Positions 1-12,175 of a DNA stretch of 64,000 nt are shown in pieces. This DNA is from Hydrolagus colliei (lineage: Eukaryota): positions 33,480,001 to 33,544,000 of the forward strand of contig CM068745.1 in NCBI GenBank assembly GCA_035084275.1, read 5' to 3'. Each line of letters opens with the position of its first letter. Position 1 is the first letter of the stretch. The translations under genes were made by a program, and so were the position numbers. The notes below the pieces were generated by a model that saw only the letters and a program-made list of their open reading frames with translations, ran no database searches and was not told the DNA's origin.

Positions 1-1584
1 TTTGCTCTATTCTTTCGGTCAGAACCAGCACTGTCCACACTTCTATTCAAATATTCTTATACCTAGTGTGACTATCTGGTTTGGCTATCAAAGTAGTTTT
101 TTCCTAGGTAGGATTGATTCCATGTCCTTCTCATGGTACTGACTCTCAAGCATATGTCACACTCATCCTGTTCGTCAGAAGCATTTCACCATAAAATGCT
201 CCATTACTGCACACAGTTCAGTCTTTCTTATTGCTTCATAGCTGATGGCTTGGAACTATCAGCTGATATCCAACATACTTCATGAATAAATCCTTACATA
301 AATATACAGCCTTTTGTACCTTCAGCTGTCAGGATTGTTATGTAATTCTCGATTGCTAAACACTTCTTTCACGTTTAATGACACATTGCTCCTCTTCTGC
401 TCTACCAATATGGTTGCAATGGTCCATTAATCTATATTGTTTTCGACAGCTAAATGAACACTGTTGTTTTGGTGCCATCCTAAAAAGGACAGGTGAGGTA
501 GACCAGCTTGTACAACTTCGAGCCAGATATTTGATTAACGGGCCAATGTTTTATTCACAGCAAGACATTCATATAAAAAGAACATTCGTTAGAAAGGCTA
601 GCAACTATTTGAAGTATGCTGAGGCTATTTCAGATTTCTCACAGACAACGTTATTTGTGTCCTGAAGGGTTTGAGCATCCATTTATTAAGAATTAGATTA
701 AAATTCAGCAGCAGCACAGCAGAAAGGGAGTAGGATATAATTGTAGGGCAGAAACCAGTGAAGTCTTGGTCAGGAAGCTATTTAGTGAAAAGATTGGTAA
801 CCAGAACATTTACATCCAATTCATCCAATATAAGATATCTGCTAGTTCAGAAAAGAATCAATACGTTTTCTCTTTGGTAGAGAAGCAAATAGACAAGGAC
901 TGTTTCACAAGCAAAGCACAGTTGAAAAACAAGAATGAATTACCCTATAAAAAACATAACTCCATACTTTGAATGAATAACCTTCCCTTCAGTGAGGACA
1001 AACTAAACTCATATAAGCACAAAGTCTGTCTCACAGTAAAACAGACTCATGAACCTGGCTCAGCTCATACTCTACAACTTGTAAATTTGGGGTTCTCTGA
1101 TATGACTGAGATAATGGTGGATCTCAGCCTATCTGGTTGACATTCACCCAGTCCATGATAGCTTCAAACAATTTTGCCTCCCAGTTCATGCATATTCCAT
1201 TATAATTTGTTCATCCATCACCCATCACATAATATTTCACCCTATTTGACCATTAATGAGCTTGCTGAAAGCAACAGTAACACCAATGCATCTTTAGTCA
1301 CATTAATTAGCCTTCACTTAAAAAAATTCTAGTTTAGTTGTACATCAAAAAGACAGACTCTACTCTGTCAGCATGGCTCCGGTCAGGGTCCTTCTCATCA
1401 CAAACACAGGCAATAAGATACTTGATGCACACAACCTCACAGAGCCTGTTTAAGCACAGTGTAAATTTGTGGTTCAACAGCATTATTGAAATCATGGTGA
1501 ATTTCTACTGCGTGGTTGACATCCGTGAGGATATTCAGTGTCCTGTGTGACTCTTAACATCCCTTTAAAACCCAAATTTGCGCT

Positions 1585-2370
1585 CTGACCCGCTCAGCTC
1601 TCTCCCACTTCCGTTACATTGCCCACTATTGCCACTACCTCTATCCACCAGCTGTCGAGACAGCGTTTCACCCACAAATATATAGTCTACAGTACAAATA
1701 CTGTATACACTTTACAGTATATTGTGTGAAGCACTTTGAGATGTCTAAAAGACATGAAAAGCACTATATCAAATGCAAGGATTATTATTAATATTATTAT
1801 GCATGCTTAATCCATGCTTTCATCACATCCAGACTCAATTCTGCTAACTCTCTACTGCTGGACTACCTGCTATTTTCTTTCACAAGCTGTAGGGTATCCA
1901 AAACTCTACAAATCATGTTCTTTCCGACACTAGGCTCTATGAGCCTATCAACTCCATTCTTGCCCAGCTCCACTGGCTCCACATTCCCAACAGATCGAGT
2001 TGAAGATCCTGTCCCTAACATTTAAATCCCTCCATGGTCTTTCCCCACCTTACCTCTGTCACCCATTAAAATCTTACAAACTCAGTTGCTACCTCCACTC
2101 AGAGTCACCAGGTTGCCTCATGTCCCTACCCTCATTCTTGGCAGTCGGAGTTTCACAATATCTGTGCCCACACATTGGAACTCCATCATGTACAGCTCCC
2201 TTCCCTCACCTCCTTCAAGGTCCACTTCAAGAACTTCCTCTTGGACCAAACTTTGTCCATCTTTCCTTGACCCCTAACCCCACATGGTTGGCAACCTTTG
2301 ATTGTCCAGCACCTTGGGTTGTCCTTCCAACATGTAAAGTGCTATATAATTGCCGTATCATTTTATATTG
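1585..2370 (+). mobile_element. Degenerate L2-type LINE 3' fragment interrupted by a SINE 3' half (~1660-1800)
   Basis: It has decayed matches to the ORF2 C-terminus of the 28696-31078 copy (LHWL..KIL.LTFK.LHGL.P.YL) and the 3' tail. The SINE tail ending in (TAT)n sits between two collinear L2 segments. Confidence 0.8.
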
Positions 2371-2649
2371 TATATTAAGAACTCAAGAATTAAGGAACAA
2401 TGAACACTATTGAATTCATTCATTTTTCTGTTTGATTTTACCTTGATTGACCTGTAGTTTTTGTGTCACTCTAGCTAAGTAAATGGTTTTCTCCACTCTG
2501 AGTTCAAGACCTACATCAAAGTTTAGAATAATACTCCAGCACAGTGCTGGGGGAGTGCTACAGTGCTGAGTGGTCTTTTAGTTGAAAAGTAAGGCCCCAT
2601 CTGTCTGTTCAGCAAGGTACTAATGATACTGAAGCCTTGACCAATAGTG

Positions 2650-2865
2650 TTCCAAGTTAGACGTTTCTTCAATCACGGGTTGTGGAGATGCGGAATTCAA
2701 CATCAAAAGTACCTATTGAGTGATAAACATCACTCAAAAGGACTGTGGATAAGCATCTGAATAGTAAAAATGTTCTAGGATGTGGAAAGAGCTGGATGTG
2801 GGATTTATAAGGTATAATGGTTAACAGTAGCACAGACATGATGGGTTGAATGCCTTTGTTTTGTG
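2650..2865 (+). mobile_element. Old CR1 LINE 3' end fragment
   Basis: It is similar to the 3' ends of the CR1 copies at 23.5 kb and 32 kb (ttcttc..ca.ggttgtg..tggaattc; agcacagacatgatggg.tgaatg.cct). Confidence 0.6.
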
Positions 2866-2969
2866 GTGAAAAAGTCGATATTGTACATTTCTATTAACTG
2901 GACATTCACTACATATGACATTTGGGTTCATTGCTGTACAAAAATTAACTGCTATACTTGTCTACAAAA

Positions 2970-3831
2970 TAGGATCCGGCGATATATCGATATATCTCTA
3001 AAACCCGATATAATTTTCATATCGATATGCCGATATAGGCATTTAAAAAATATCGATATATCGAGGTAAAAAATCAGAATGCGCGCACACTGAACTACAA
3101 GACCCAGAATGCTCATCTCTATACACAATGCACAGACCGAGGTGCAAAGCCACCATATTGTATTAATTGTCCTCGAATGCAATATACAGGTATGCAAGGG
3201 GTGTGGGGGGGGGCGGGGGGGGGGAGTGGGAGAGAGACGGCTGGTGGGGGGAGGGGGAGAGAGACGGCTGGGTGGGGGGGGAGGGTGAGAGAGACGGCTG
3301 GGGGGGGAGGGAGAGGGGGAGAGAGATGGCTGGGGGGGGGGGGGGGGGGAGAGAGACGGCTGGTGGGGGGGAAGGAGAGAGAGAGACGGCAGTGGGGGGG
3401 GGGGAGGGGGAGAGAAACGGCTGGGGGGGTGGCGAGGGGAGAGAGACGGCGGGGGTGGTGGTGGTGGGGAGAGAGGGACGGCAGGGGGGGGAGGAGAGAG
3501 GAACGGTGGCGGGGGAGGGGAGTGGGGGGAGAGATGGTGTGGATGTGATAATATACAGATAGATAGAGATTGGGGGTGTGAGAGAGGAGAGAGACACAGA
3601 GACACAGACAGAAAAACACAGAGATGGAGAGAGTGAGTGTGAGAGACACAGAGAGAGAAATATATTTACCTCCTGAGGAGATAGGCCCTGAATGCGCGCG
3701 CGCACCCCGAATGTGCGTGCCGCACGCGCATGCGCAGTACGAAAAACCCGAAAATATAGATATTTCGGTATATCTCGATATGAGCCCGTCGATATATCTA
3801 AATCGGAAAATTTCTATATCGACGGACCCTA
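2970..3831 (-). mobile_element. Non-autonomous hAT element (MITE), copy 1, with internal G-rich minisatellite; inserted into an old Deu-SINE
   Basis: Ends are TAGGATCCGGCGATAT and ATATCGACGGACCCTA. Flanks are ctacaaaa and tcacaaaa (degenerate 8-bp TSD). It is the reverse complement of the copies at 34.5, 43.7 and 46 kb; the strand label is arbitrary. Confidence 0.9.
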
Positions 3832-4351
3832 TCACAAAATAGAGTCACCACACTTTATAGCAAATTATGCCAAGTGCTTTGAGATGTTCTCCTGATGTGA
3901 AAGCTGGTATACCAAAAGTAAGGAATATAATTATCCACAAACTGATTCCAATGTATATCTTGCTTTTGTTGGCATCCATTTGCAGATGAATAGGCTTCAG
4001 AAACAGAAGAAGCCTTTTCTTCCAATACATCAGTCAAGTGGTCAATGATTTAACACACTGACTGGCTACTATTACTAGTAATGGGTTAAGTAGAATCCTC
4101 AATGTTAATTAACACATTGTGTTGTAATTTTCACTCCAAGGTAATTTAAAATTAAAGGAAGAATTTATACAGCATATTTTGTAGTAACATTGATAACTGA
4201 ATAACTGAAGGATCTGAATTTAGGTAGTGTTAAATACTTGTATAATTTTAGATCAAATAAACTTTCAGGATTCACCGAAAATCTCCTTGGTATGTATCCC
4301 ATGTTTAATGGACATGTTCAGATTTTGACCGCTTTGGGATTTATCTCTATA

Positions 4352-4420
4352 CAACAACAACAACAAAATTACATTTCTATAGCGCCTTTCACATCGGGAG
4401 GACGTCCCAAGGCGCTGAAA
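4352..4420 (-). mobile_element. Ultra-short L2 3' tail with (TGT)n
   Basis: It is the reverse complement of agcgccttgggacgtcctcccgatgtgaaaggcgctatagaaatgtaattttgttgttg, matching the tail at 31015-31078. Confidence 0.85.
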
Positions 4421-4839
4421 ATATAACCACAAACAGATGATTAATGTGTTCATTTTTTTGCACAATAACAGTTCTTCAACAACATATTTAATCAGGAGAC
4501 TGTTCAGATGCATAATTACTGCAGTACAACTACTGTCTTACAACTTTGTCTGATTTGTTTTGCGAGCCTTGTTTTGTTAGCACATTGTGTGTTGCTGTTC
4601 TTATGCTTGAATATACCTTGGCAATGTTTAATAATTACCTATAATAATCCTTATATTTGATATAGAACCAGGAGGATGAGGGTTAAAAGTGCTTCAAGAG
4701 ATATACTGTATTGTAAAATGGAGTTACTGTGCATTTGTAGGTGAATACAACAATGAATTTGCACATCTGAATTTTGGGGGGGAGATTGCATTTGTAGGTG
4801 AATGGGGCAGCCAATTGCACACCTGAATTGTATTGGGAG

Positions 4840-4985
4840 GGTTATCAGCCAGGACACCGGGAGAATCTTGTTAGTATTTTTCAATAGTGCCTTACACACC
4901 CAGCTGAGCATGCAGATGGGACCTCGATTTAACGCCTCATCCAAAGGATGGTAACTCTGACAATGTATTACTGCAATGCCACACC
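4840..4985 (-). mobile_element. Old Deu-domain SINE fragment
   Basis: The reverse complement contains cctttggatgaggcgttaaatcgaggtccc...ctcccggtgtcctggc, characteristic of the Deu core, and is similar to 12870-13160. Confidence 0.65.
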
Positions 4986-5114
4986 ATACCACACAACATA
5001 CACAACCTCAGTATTTAGCAAAGTACTGTAACCTATATCCTAAATAATTTAGTATTGTGCAAAAATAACAGTCACAAAAAAAGCTTTGGAAGGAATGATT
5101 TAATGGTCATAATG

Positions 5115-5750
5115 TTATCCCTCCTCCCCAACATCCGGTCCCTGACCAGCACCGCTTTCATCCACCTCCGACAATTTGCCCGTCTCCAACAATATCTCTA
5201 TCCAAAAGCTGCCGAATTCCTTGCCCCATACCTTTGTCACGTCTCAGCTGGACTACTCTAATGCACTCCTGCACTGTTCAGAAAATTCAGCTCATTCCAA
5301 ACTCTGCCACCTGCATTCACCTGCACCAAACTTTGTATCCCGATTATCCCAGTCTTTGCCAAACTCCACTGGTTCCCTGTCACAGAGTGGATCAACTTCA
5401 AGATCCTCACTCTAGTGTTTAAATTCCTTCATTTCTTCACACCGCCCTATCTCTCTTACCACCTGTCTCTTCATAGCAGTACCCGCTGCTTCCACTCTAC
5501 TGGGTTTGGCCTCCTCCTTGTACTCTGAATCGTACGCTCCACCATCGGCAATGGTGCTTTGAAGCACTGCACCCCGAAACTTTGGAACCCCCTTCCACAA
5601 TCCCTTTGCCTCGCACCCTGCTGCCCCATCTTCAGGTTGCACCTAAAGATCTTCCTCTTCGACAGCACTTACGGTCACCTTCCTCCTCCCCCACGGTTCG
5701 GCTTTTGGCTCTGCCATTGTTTTTACAAATGTAAATGCTGTTGTTGCAAC
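5115..5750 (+). mobile_element. Degenerate L2 LINE 3' fragment
   Basis: Fragments LSLLPNIRSLTSTAFIHLRQFARL and TSQLDYSNALL are collinear with the 30.3-31.07 kb L2. It ends aaatgtaaatgctgttgttg. Confidence 0.85.
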
Positions 5751-8619
5751 TAATGTATTCAGTTTTAATGATTATTTATTGCGCAAAAAATAATAATGCG
5801 TTATTGCAATTCCTTGGCTCCATAATCAATAATTTACCATTTCTGTAATCACTGAGGGAACATTTGTACTGTAAAAGTCATTCCTAAGTTCCTAGTATGA
5901 AAAGGCAACCTAAATCATATCTGCAACATTTCTGCAAATCCTGTTACTGACATTAAGTCACCCAAAAAGACATCAAATAGAAAAAAATCTTGTTCAATAA
6001 GTTTAAAGAAAACATAGAAACCTTTTATGTATCTGTATGTGGCCGACTAAAATAAAAAAAAAGATCCTTTTTAGAGAAGCGTGTGATTTATTGCTTCTCT
6101 TGGTATTTAAGGTCACATTCACTTAAAATGCCATTGTTCATTCAGGAGATATGGCTGGAAGGGAAACTGGTAAAATCTTTAATATGTAGCCAGCAATGAT
6201 AGAGTTGTACTCCAATAACCCACAGTCCAGTCACAGAGACCCTAATGCATCTTTCAATCTTTTCCTCTTGCAAATGTGTTCTCACAGGAAAGTCACCTTC
6301 ATACAGTCAAAGACACTGACCAGCCTATACCAACGATCTCTTTTTTTAAGATGCCTAGGATTTTTTTTCCCAGGAAAAAAACTTTTGAATGCCTTTTCCA
6401 ATCAACATCATTTTAATTTACCCGAGCTGGTAATTAACTTCCTGCTTAATTTGTCACACTTAATTTAAATTCTGCCGGGACTGACTTGAGCTGGTGGTGA
6501 GATGTACAGTGATGGCAGCTGTGGTGGACAGAGGTAATGGCCGCTGGCACTCCCAATTTGTCATTCCTGATTAAAGTTCCCCCGTCAAGACAGCCCTCAC
6601 AAGCTGTGCCCGGCAGTTTTAGATTTGACAACAAGTGTGAACATAAAAGTAGCATTGATAATGAGCTTGATGTGATCAGATTAATCAGCTAAATATCTGA
6701 GTCCCTGTAATAATCCATGATCTCAAATGGTTTCTAGATGTAAGAATGGACATCAAAAATAAAAGGAGACTTGAAGGTATCATGTCTCCAGTGGATGCAC
6801 CAGAAAGATCAAAATTATTAACTAAGGCTTTATATCTTTTACATAACATCTGATCACACTGACATGTTTTGGCATACTTTGCAGGTAACTGCTGTCAGGT
6901 GGTGACTGTTTTTTTTGGCAAATATGATAGCCATTTGTGCCATCATGGTCCCACAAGCAGCCAAGAGGTGAATGACATCGCATTTCGTTTTAGCTGGTTA
7001 AAGTTGAACACACACTCCGGGATCCTATAAGCCTAGGCTTCTGGCAACCTGCACTAAAAGGAGTTCTTCTCTCAAGGGAGAGAATGTACAGTCTACAGAA
7101 CGCATTTGGAAATTTTCATGCATTTGTGGAACTTTGATTCGCTTGGTTCAGATATTAAGCATGGGATTCCATATGTGACAGCTGATCAAAACAAAAATAA
7201 ACATCATCAGTCACTACAGCTAGTGGCAAGAGGAATTTCACCCATTCTGCACCAATGCTCTGGCTTGTCTTGTTCATTGGGTAATAAATCAGCGCTTACT
7301 CTGACTTATTACCCAATAATAATATTGATGAGCATTTTCACATTGTGACTCTTTTTCTTTGCTCTTTCATGTTTATTGCAGAAGCACTCCTGCAGAGAGT
7401 TGTATTGATTTAATTTTTCAGAGACTTCTAACACTTTTGGTTAAAAAAAATCTTAAACTACTTGATACATTTCAAAGTGTCAATTAATTTTCTAAAGGTT
7501 TTGATGTACATTTGTTGCTTTCAATCCAGTCTAAATTTACAAAATCTTTTCCCAATCAATCCATAAATTATTTAACTAATAGCATCAACTTCGCTTAATT
7601 TACCATAAAAAATATTTATCTTAAAAAATCTAAATACCGATAATAATCTATTTTCATGGTCAATTTGATACAGATAACTGGGTTTGTACTGCAGGAAATC
7701 CACCAACCAGTAAAGATCTATGAGAAGGAATGAATATGAAAAGTGAAGATATGAAATGTTGCATTAGCATTACATACAAATAACAATATGTGATTATCTA
7801 AGGTCAATTTAATTTCAAATTAAAAAGGAAAATTTGTTGCTTTGGCTATACTTATCAGATGTTTCAATATGCCCCATTTTTAAAGTCAGAGGAACTTAAA
7901 TATTAACGTCCTCATTCTAATCTTCAAATGCTTTAACATATGTGACCCCCCCCCACCCCGCCCCCACCCCTCCGCCCCCCCACCTCACCCCCACAATATT
8001 CTCCCGTGTTTTTACTTCACCATCATTGTGCACCAATGTGTGCACAGCAATGTCCCACAAACAGCCATTAAGTGAATGACTAATTTTATCCGGGAATTGT
8101 TGGCTAGGACACTGGGAGAAATTACCTTCATATTACAATCCAATGTCAAATCCAACCTCTTAATTTATTGAATCATTTTGTTGTGATTTTCATTTCAAGT
8201 GATATATTTTAATCTTCTTCCAAGAATGATGCTGACAGTCACAAATGTTTCAATATGATGGAGTTTTAATTTCTTAGTTTCACCAATTATTCTTGAAGGA
8301 ATTTGTGTGGCATCAAAAGGCAGTATTCAAATAATTTAAAAAATGAAAATAACTTGAGACAACTATATTTCTAGAGGAAATACCTTTAAAAGCCCTATAG
8401 GAAATAACAGCAGAATAGGGTTGTAATTCAGTCAATCCATTGTTTTCTAAAATATTCGGCATTATGTACAAGAAAGCCATGACATCTACCAACACAGCTG
8501 TTTTGATTGACTTATTATGATTAATGGCTTCTTGAAATGCCTTTGACCAACTTCATTCTTAACAGTTAACCAGAAGTGAAAGGCTGAAGGAGAAATTTGG
8601 GGAGTTACGACAAACAAGT

Positions 8620-8708
8620 GGAATCCTGCAGTTCAGTGGTTAGAGCATTCTCCTTAGAAGTGAGATACATGGGTTCGATTCCAGGCAGGGCAAAACCTTG
8701 GGCAAGTT
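8620..8708 (+). mobile_element. SINE tRNA-derived head only
   Basis: gtggaatcctgcagttcagtggttagagca...gggttcgattccaggcagggcaaaaccttgggcaagtt matches the 5' part of the full SINE copies. Confidence 0.75.
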
Positions 8709-8902
8709 GAATGAAAGTCAGAATCAAGTATTAGACTATTGAGTATTTGCTGTCCCTTATCTGATTTTGTATTCCTAAGAAAAATTGGAGCCAAGGGGTA
8801 TGGAGAGGGGAAAGATGATTTGTTTCCACCTCAATAAAAACAACTTACATTGGTGTGAGTAAGTTAAAATCCTGGGTACTTGTGAATCACAAAAAAAAGG
8901 CA

Positions 8903-9652
8903 CAGTAAAAGCCCATTTATCCGTGACCTGATCAACCGTAAATTCCGTATAACCAGCACCTCAAAAAAAAGGTCCCCATTCGATGAACCAGATCTTATCT
9001 GGCACAATGTATCAGTATCAGTATTTTGGAATACTGCTACTAGTGCCTGAAGGTGGCCCTGACTTTTTTTTCCCTCACAGAGTACATTACGATTACCTCT
9101 GAATGCTGCCTGAATGCTGCCGTAGTGCACTTCTGGGTTTGAGAAAGAGGCAGGGAGAGAGAGAGGGTGGGGGTGGGGTAGGACAGAGGGAAAGAGCGGG
9201 GCGGGGGGGGAGGGGAGAAAGAGAGGGAAACAGGGGGATGGGAGAAAGCGAGAGGAGTGGGAGGGGGAGGGACAGATGGGTGAGAAGAGGGGGGAGAGAG
9301 AGAGGGGTTGAGTTGATTAATTTAGATAGAAAATGAGAGCAGTGGAGTGGGATTGGGTTTGGAGCCATCAAGATGCCAGACTGACTGTGTGTGTGTGTGA
9401 AAGAGAGAAAGAATAAAAGGAGAGTACCCCTTTGATTGTGTGCTGTGTTTAAAGAGTGTAATCAATATTTATTGCTTTATTGGTAAGTATCTATACAATA
9501 TTCTGGTATTATTTAGACTATTATTAATATGGTATGTTTTTTAAAAAAAATTAAATTGATTTTTTTGTGTTCGGGTTTTGGCCAAATATCCAGCATGCAC
9601 TTTAACCATCATTGGCCAGGTCCCAAGGGTGCCAGATAAACAGGCTTTACCG
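8903..9652. mobile_element. Tc1/mariner (pogo/Tigger-like) non-autonomous element with internal purine-rich tract
   Basis: The left end is CAGTAAAAGCCCATTTATCCG and the reverse complement of the right end is CGGTAAAGCCTGTTTATCTG. The right flank is TA and the left flank CA (probably a mutated TA). A GA-rich tract spans ~9140-9310. Confidence 0.7.
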
Positions 9653-11841
9653 TAATCAGATATTGAATACTTATGCACATACATTTCAAATAACCACATA
9701 CTGTCCAAATAAATTGGTTTACTAACAATTTAAAGTGATCATTGCCATGATGTTCTGTCAAATATAAAATACTCGGCGGGTATTGACCTGCTTCACTTAC
9801 CCTACCCTAACCTCTCCACCAATGATGGCTGATGTATTAACCTATCTGCCTCCACTCTCTGTAACTTCATCCAGGAGTCCCTCACCTTGTTTAAGGTTAC
9901 TTTCAAGACTTATCTCTATGACCACACTTTTGGTCATCTTTCCCCTCTCCATACCCCTTGGCTCCAATGGCCTAGCTCTGGTGCCCTGGCAGTATTGTTA
10001 AGTAGCTTGGCTCATTCTCACAAGGGCAAACGTACTATATAAAAGAAAATATGTATGGTATGGTATCAACTTGTACTTTAGAAAGTTGAGTCACTTAAGA
10101 AATCTATTCATGTTGCATTTCCACCCTCCCAAATCATCATTCTTCGTTGTTCCACAGGACCACCTCTTTATAACATAATAGATTGGGTGAAATTTCATTT
10201 GTGATTTGATGTTCAGGAAATGATGCCAAGGCCAGCTGACTCTCCAGAAGTTCATTGTTTAGTCTTTTCTTTAGAAGTTGATAGTCAATGCTGGAAGTCA
10301 GGTGCACCATGCTTCCGCTAATTGCAAAGCCCCCGACTGTACTAGGAAATACTTTCTTTATTTGTCACTAGGTTTGATGCAAGTATATCATGGATGGATG
10401 ATAATGTTTACTAGAGTGATATTTTCGAACGCTATGCAAGATAGATGATAAATGGGCAATACGAAACACTGATAACGGAGTCTTACTTACAGTAATTTGT
10501 TAGTTAATGTAAATTAAGACCACTCAGCTCTTGTTCATTAACCTTTAAGAGATTGTAGTATTTAAGATGGCTTCAGTATACCTGAGGAGTCATTTCAGCT
10601 ACATTACTGCCTTTGCTCTACTCCCTTCACCATCATATTCGGAGTGAGCTTTCTCTTAAGTGCACTACACCAATTCTATGGCTAACTACACCAATGCTAA
10701 GACAAGGTCAAACCATTACATCTTCAATAGCCTTTAATAATGACAATGTACAATTTGTTGCACGGTTTAAAGTACAAGTATCAAACAGCCAACTTACTTA
10801 GATGTTGAAGCACCAGTTTGCTGACACCTCCTTGTTGCCATCAGAGTATCATCAGGTTTTGAATGCCTGTTCTGAATTGACTTTTATGAGATGAGTTTGG
10901 GCAGAGACATTTATCAAGATCTATTTTTTTATAGCATTAGGTCACTGATTTCTATTCACATTTAACATTTTTTTTAAATGTCTCCTATGGTGATAAAATT
11001 CGATAAGATAAGATTCCAAATGTGAATCTCCAAAGTCCGTATTGCTCAGTTTCTAAATTATTAATTTATAAATTATGCAACGTTTTATAGATTGGAAACT
11101 GTGGCCATCTCTACTGGTCAGTGCATTTCACATTTTCTTGTGATCTCCCTTTTAACTGTCTCAGCTCAAATTTTCTGCTTCCGTCTTCACAATTTAGAAC
11201 AATTTTTAGCTTAGTGTCATCAGCAAATGTGGAAATAATCCCTTCTACTAGGGCAGCAGAAAATATTGAGGAGTGTATCAAGCAGCATCCTGTTTGCCTT
11301 GTTTACTGCTGTCTCATGTGCTTTGGACACAGTGAGCGACGACACCATTACGTCTTTTTCATCTGTGAATAATGTCACTTGGGTGAGATACTGGTGGATT
11401 CATGGTGCCCCATAGAGCTGTGCCTAGTGAAAAGATGAATGAGTTCAATATTTTCAAGGGAGAATGTGATAAGAAAATGCTGTAAGAATGTTAACAAGGG
11501 AATAAATGTGATACCCTATTGGACATTACAGAGATGATTCTCTTACCTAATGATTTCAAGAAAAGCAGTTGTAGAATGAACAGAGTTGTCTACAACAAAC
11601 ATCAGCTTGTACTTAATGCAACTGAAGCAAAAATACACTTGGAATTTTAGAGATTTTTATTTTCCCTGAGTGAAATGTCCTTGATAGCCAGCAATACTCT
11701 ACTTTATTAATAAAAACAAAAGTTCAGGAAATCTGAAAAAAAAATTAAACGGTAAAAATCCAAACCAGGATACCAAGCATTGAACTTCCCTATCTGAAAA
11801 TACTTTTGGATGATATACTCAGAGTAATGCCTCTTTCCAGC

Positions 11842-12175
11842 TAGGGTCCGCCGATATCTAAATTTTCAAATATCGATATATTGGTTTGCCCATATCGATA
11901 TATACCGATATATCGATATCGCTTTTTTTTGTCCTGCGCATTCACGCGCATTCCGGTGTACGCGCGCATTAGAATATCGACAAGGTAAGTTGAAAAAGTC
12001 CGCATTATACCGATATATACCGATATATCGCCGGACATGATGTACTGATATCTGCGATATATCGATTTTTTTTCACATATCGAATTTTTTGATATATCGA
12101 TATATTTTAAATTCCGATATCGGCATATCGATATGTAAATTATATCGGATATGACCGATATATCGCCGGATCCTA
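11842..12175 (+). mobile_element. Short (334 bp) non-autonomous hAT element related to the minisatellite MITE
   Basis: Ends are TAGGGTCCGCCGATAT and ATATCGCCGGATCCTA. There is a perfect 8-bp TSD tttccagc (11834-11841 and 12176-12183) and many ATATCG motifs. Confidence 0.92.

Noticed and set aside
100-215. Minus-strand peptides SNGAF and QYHEKD, reminiscent of the next EPHA6 exon (SNG.ILDYE.KYYEK)
   Set aside because: The spacing is wrong, in-frame stops lie between the motifs, and no GT donor follows EK. This is probably chance, and the next exon most likely lies outside the window.
378-1550. Short 60-100 aa ORFs in unique AT-rich sequence, here and throughout the window
   Set aside because: Their lengths are compatible with chance, many use non-ATG starts, and they show no recognisable domains or exon structure.
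3180-3560. Regularly recurring GAGAGACGGCTG units resembling a CRISPR array
   Set aside because: The intervening sequences are G-runs rather than unique spacers, the context is eukaryotic, and there are no cas genes.
2952-3842. Long Pro/Ser- or Gly/Arg-rich ORFs of up to 282 aa, here and at 32.8-33.4, 34.6-35.1, 43.7-44.5 and 46.0-47.0 kb
   Set aside because: They are open in several frames on both strands because the MITE minisatellite lacks stop codons. They show no domain, splice or start context.
4728-4840. Two-unit ~57-bp tandem (tgcatttgtaggtgaat...tgcaca.ctgaatt)
   Set aside because: It is a local duplication adjoining a decayed SINE fragment, with no sign of function.
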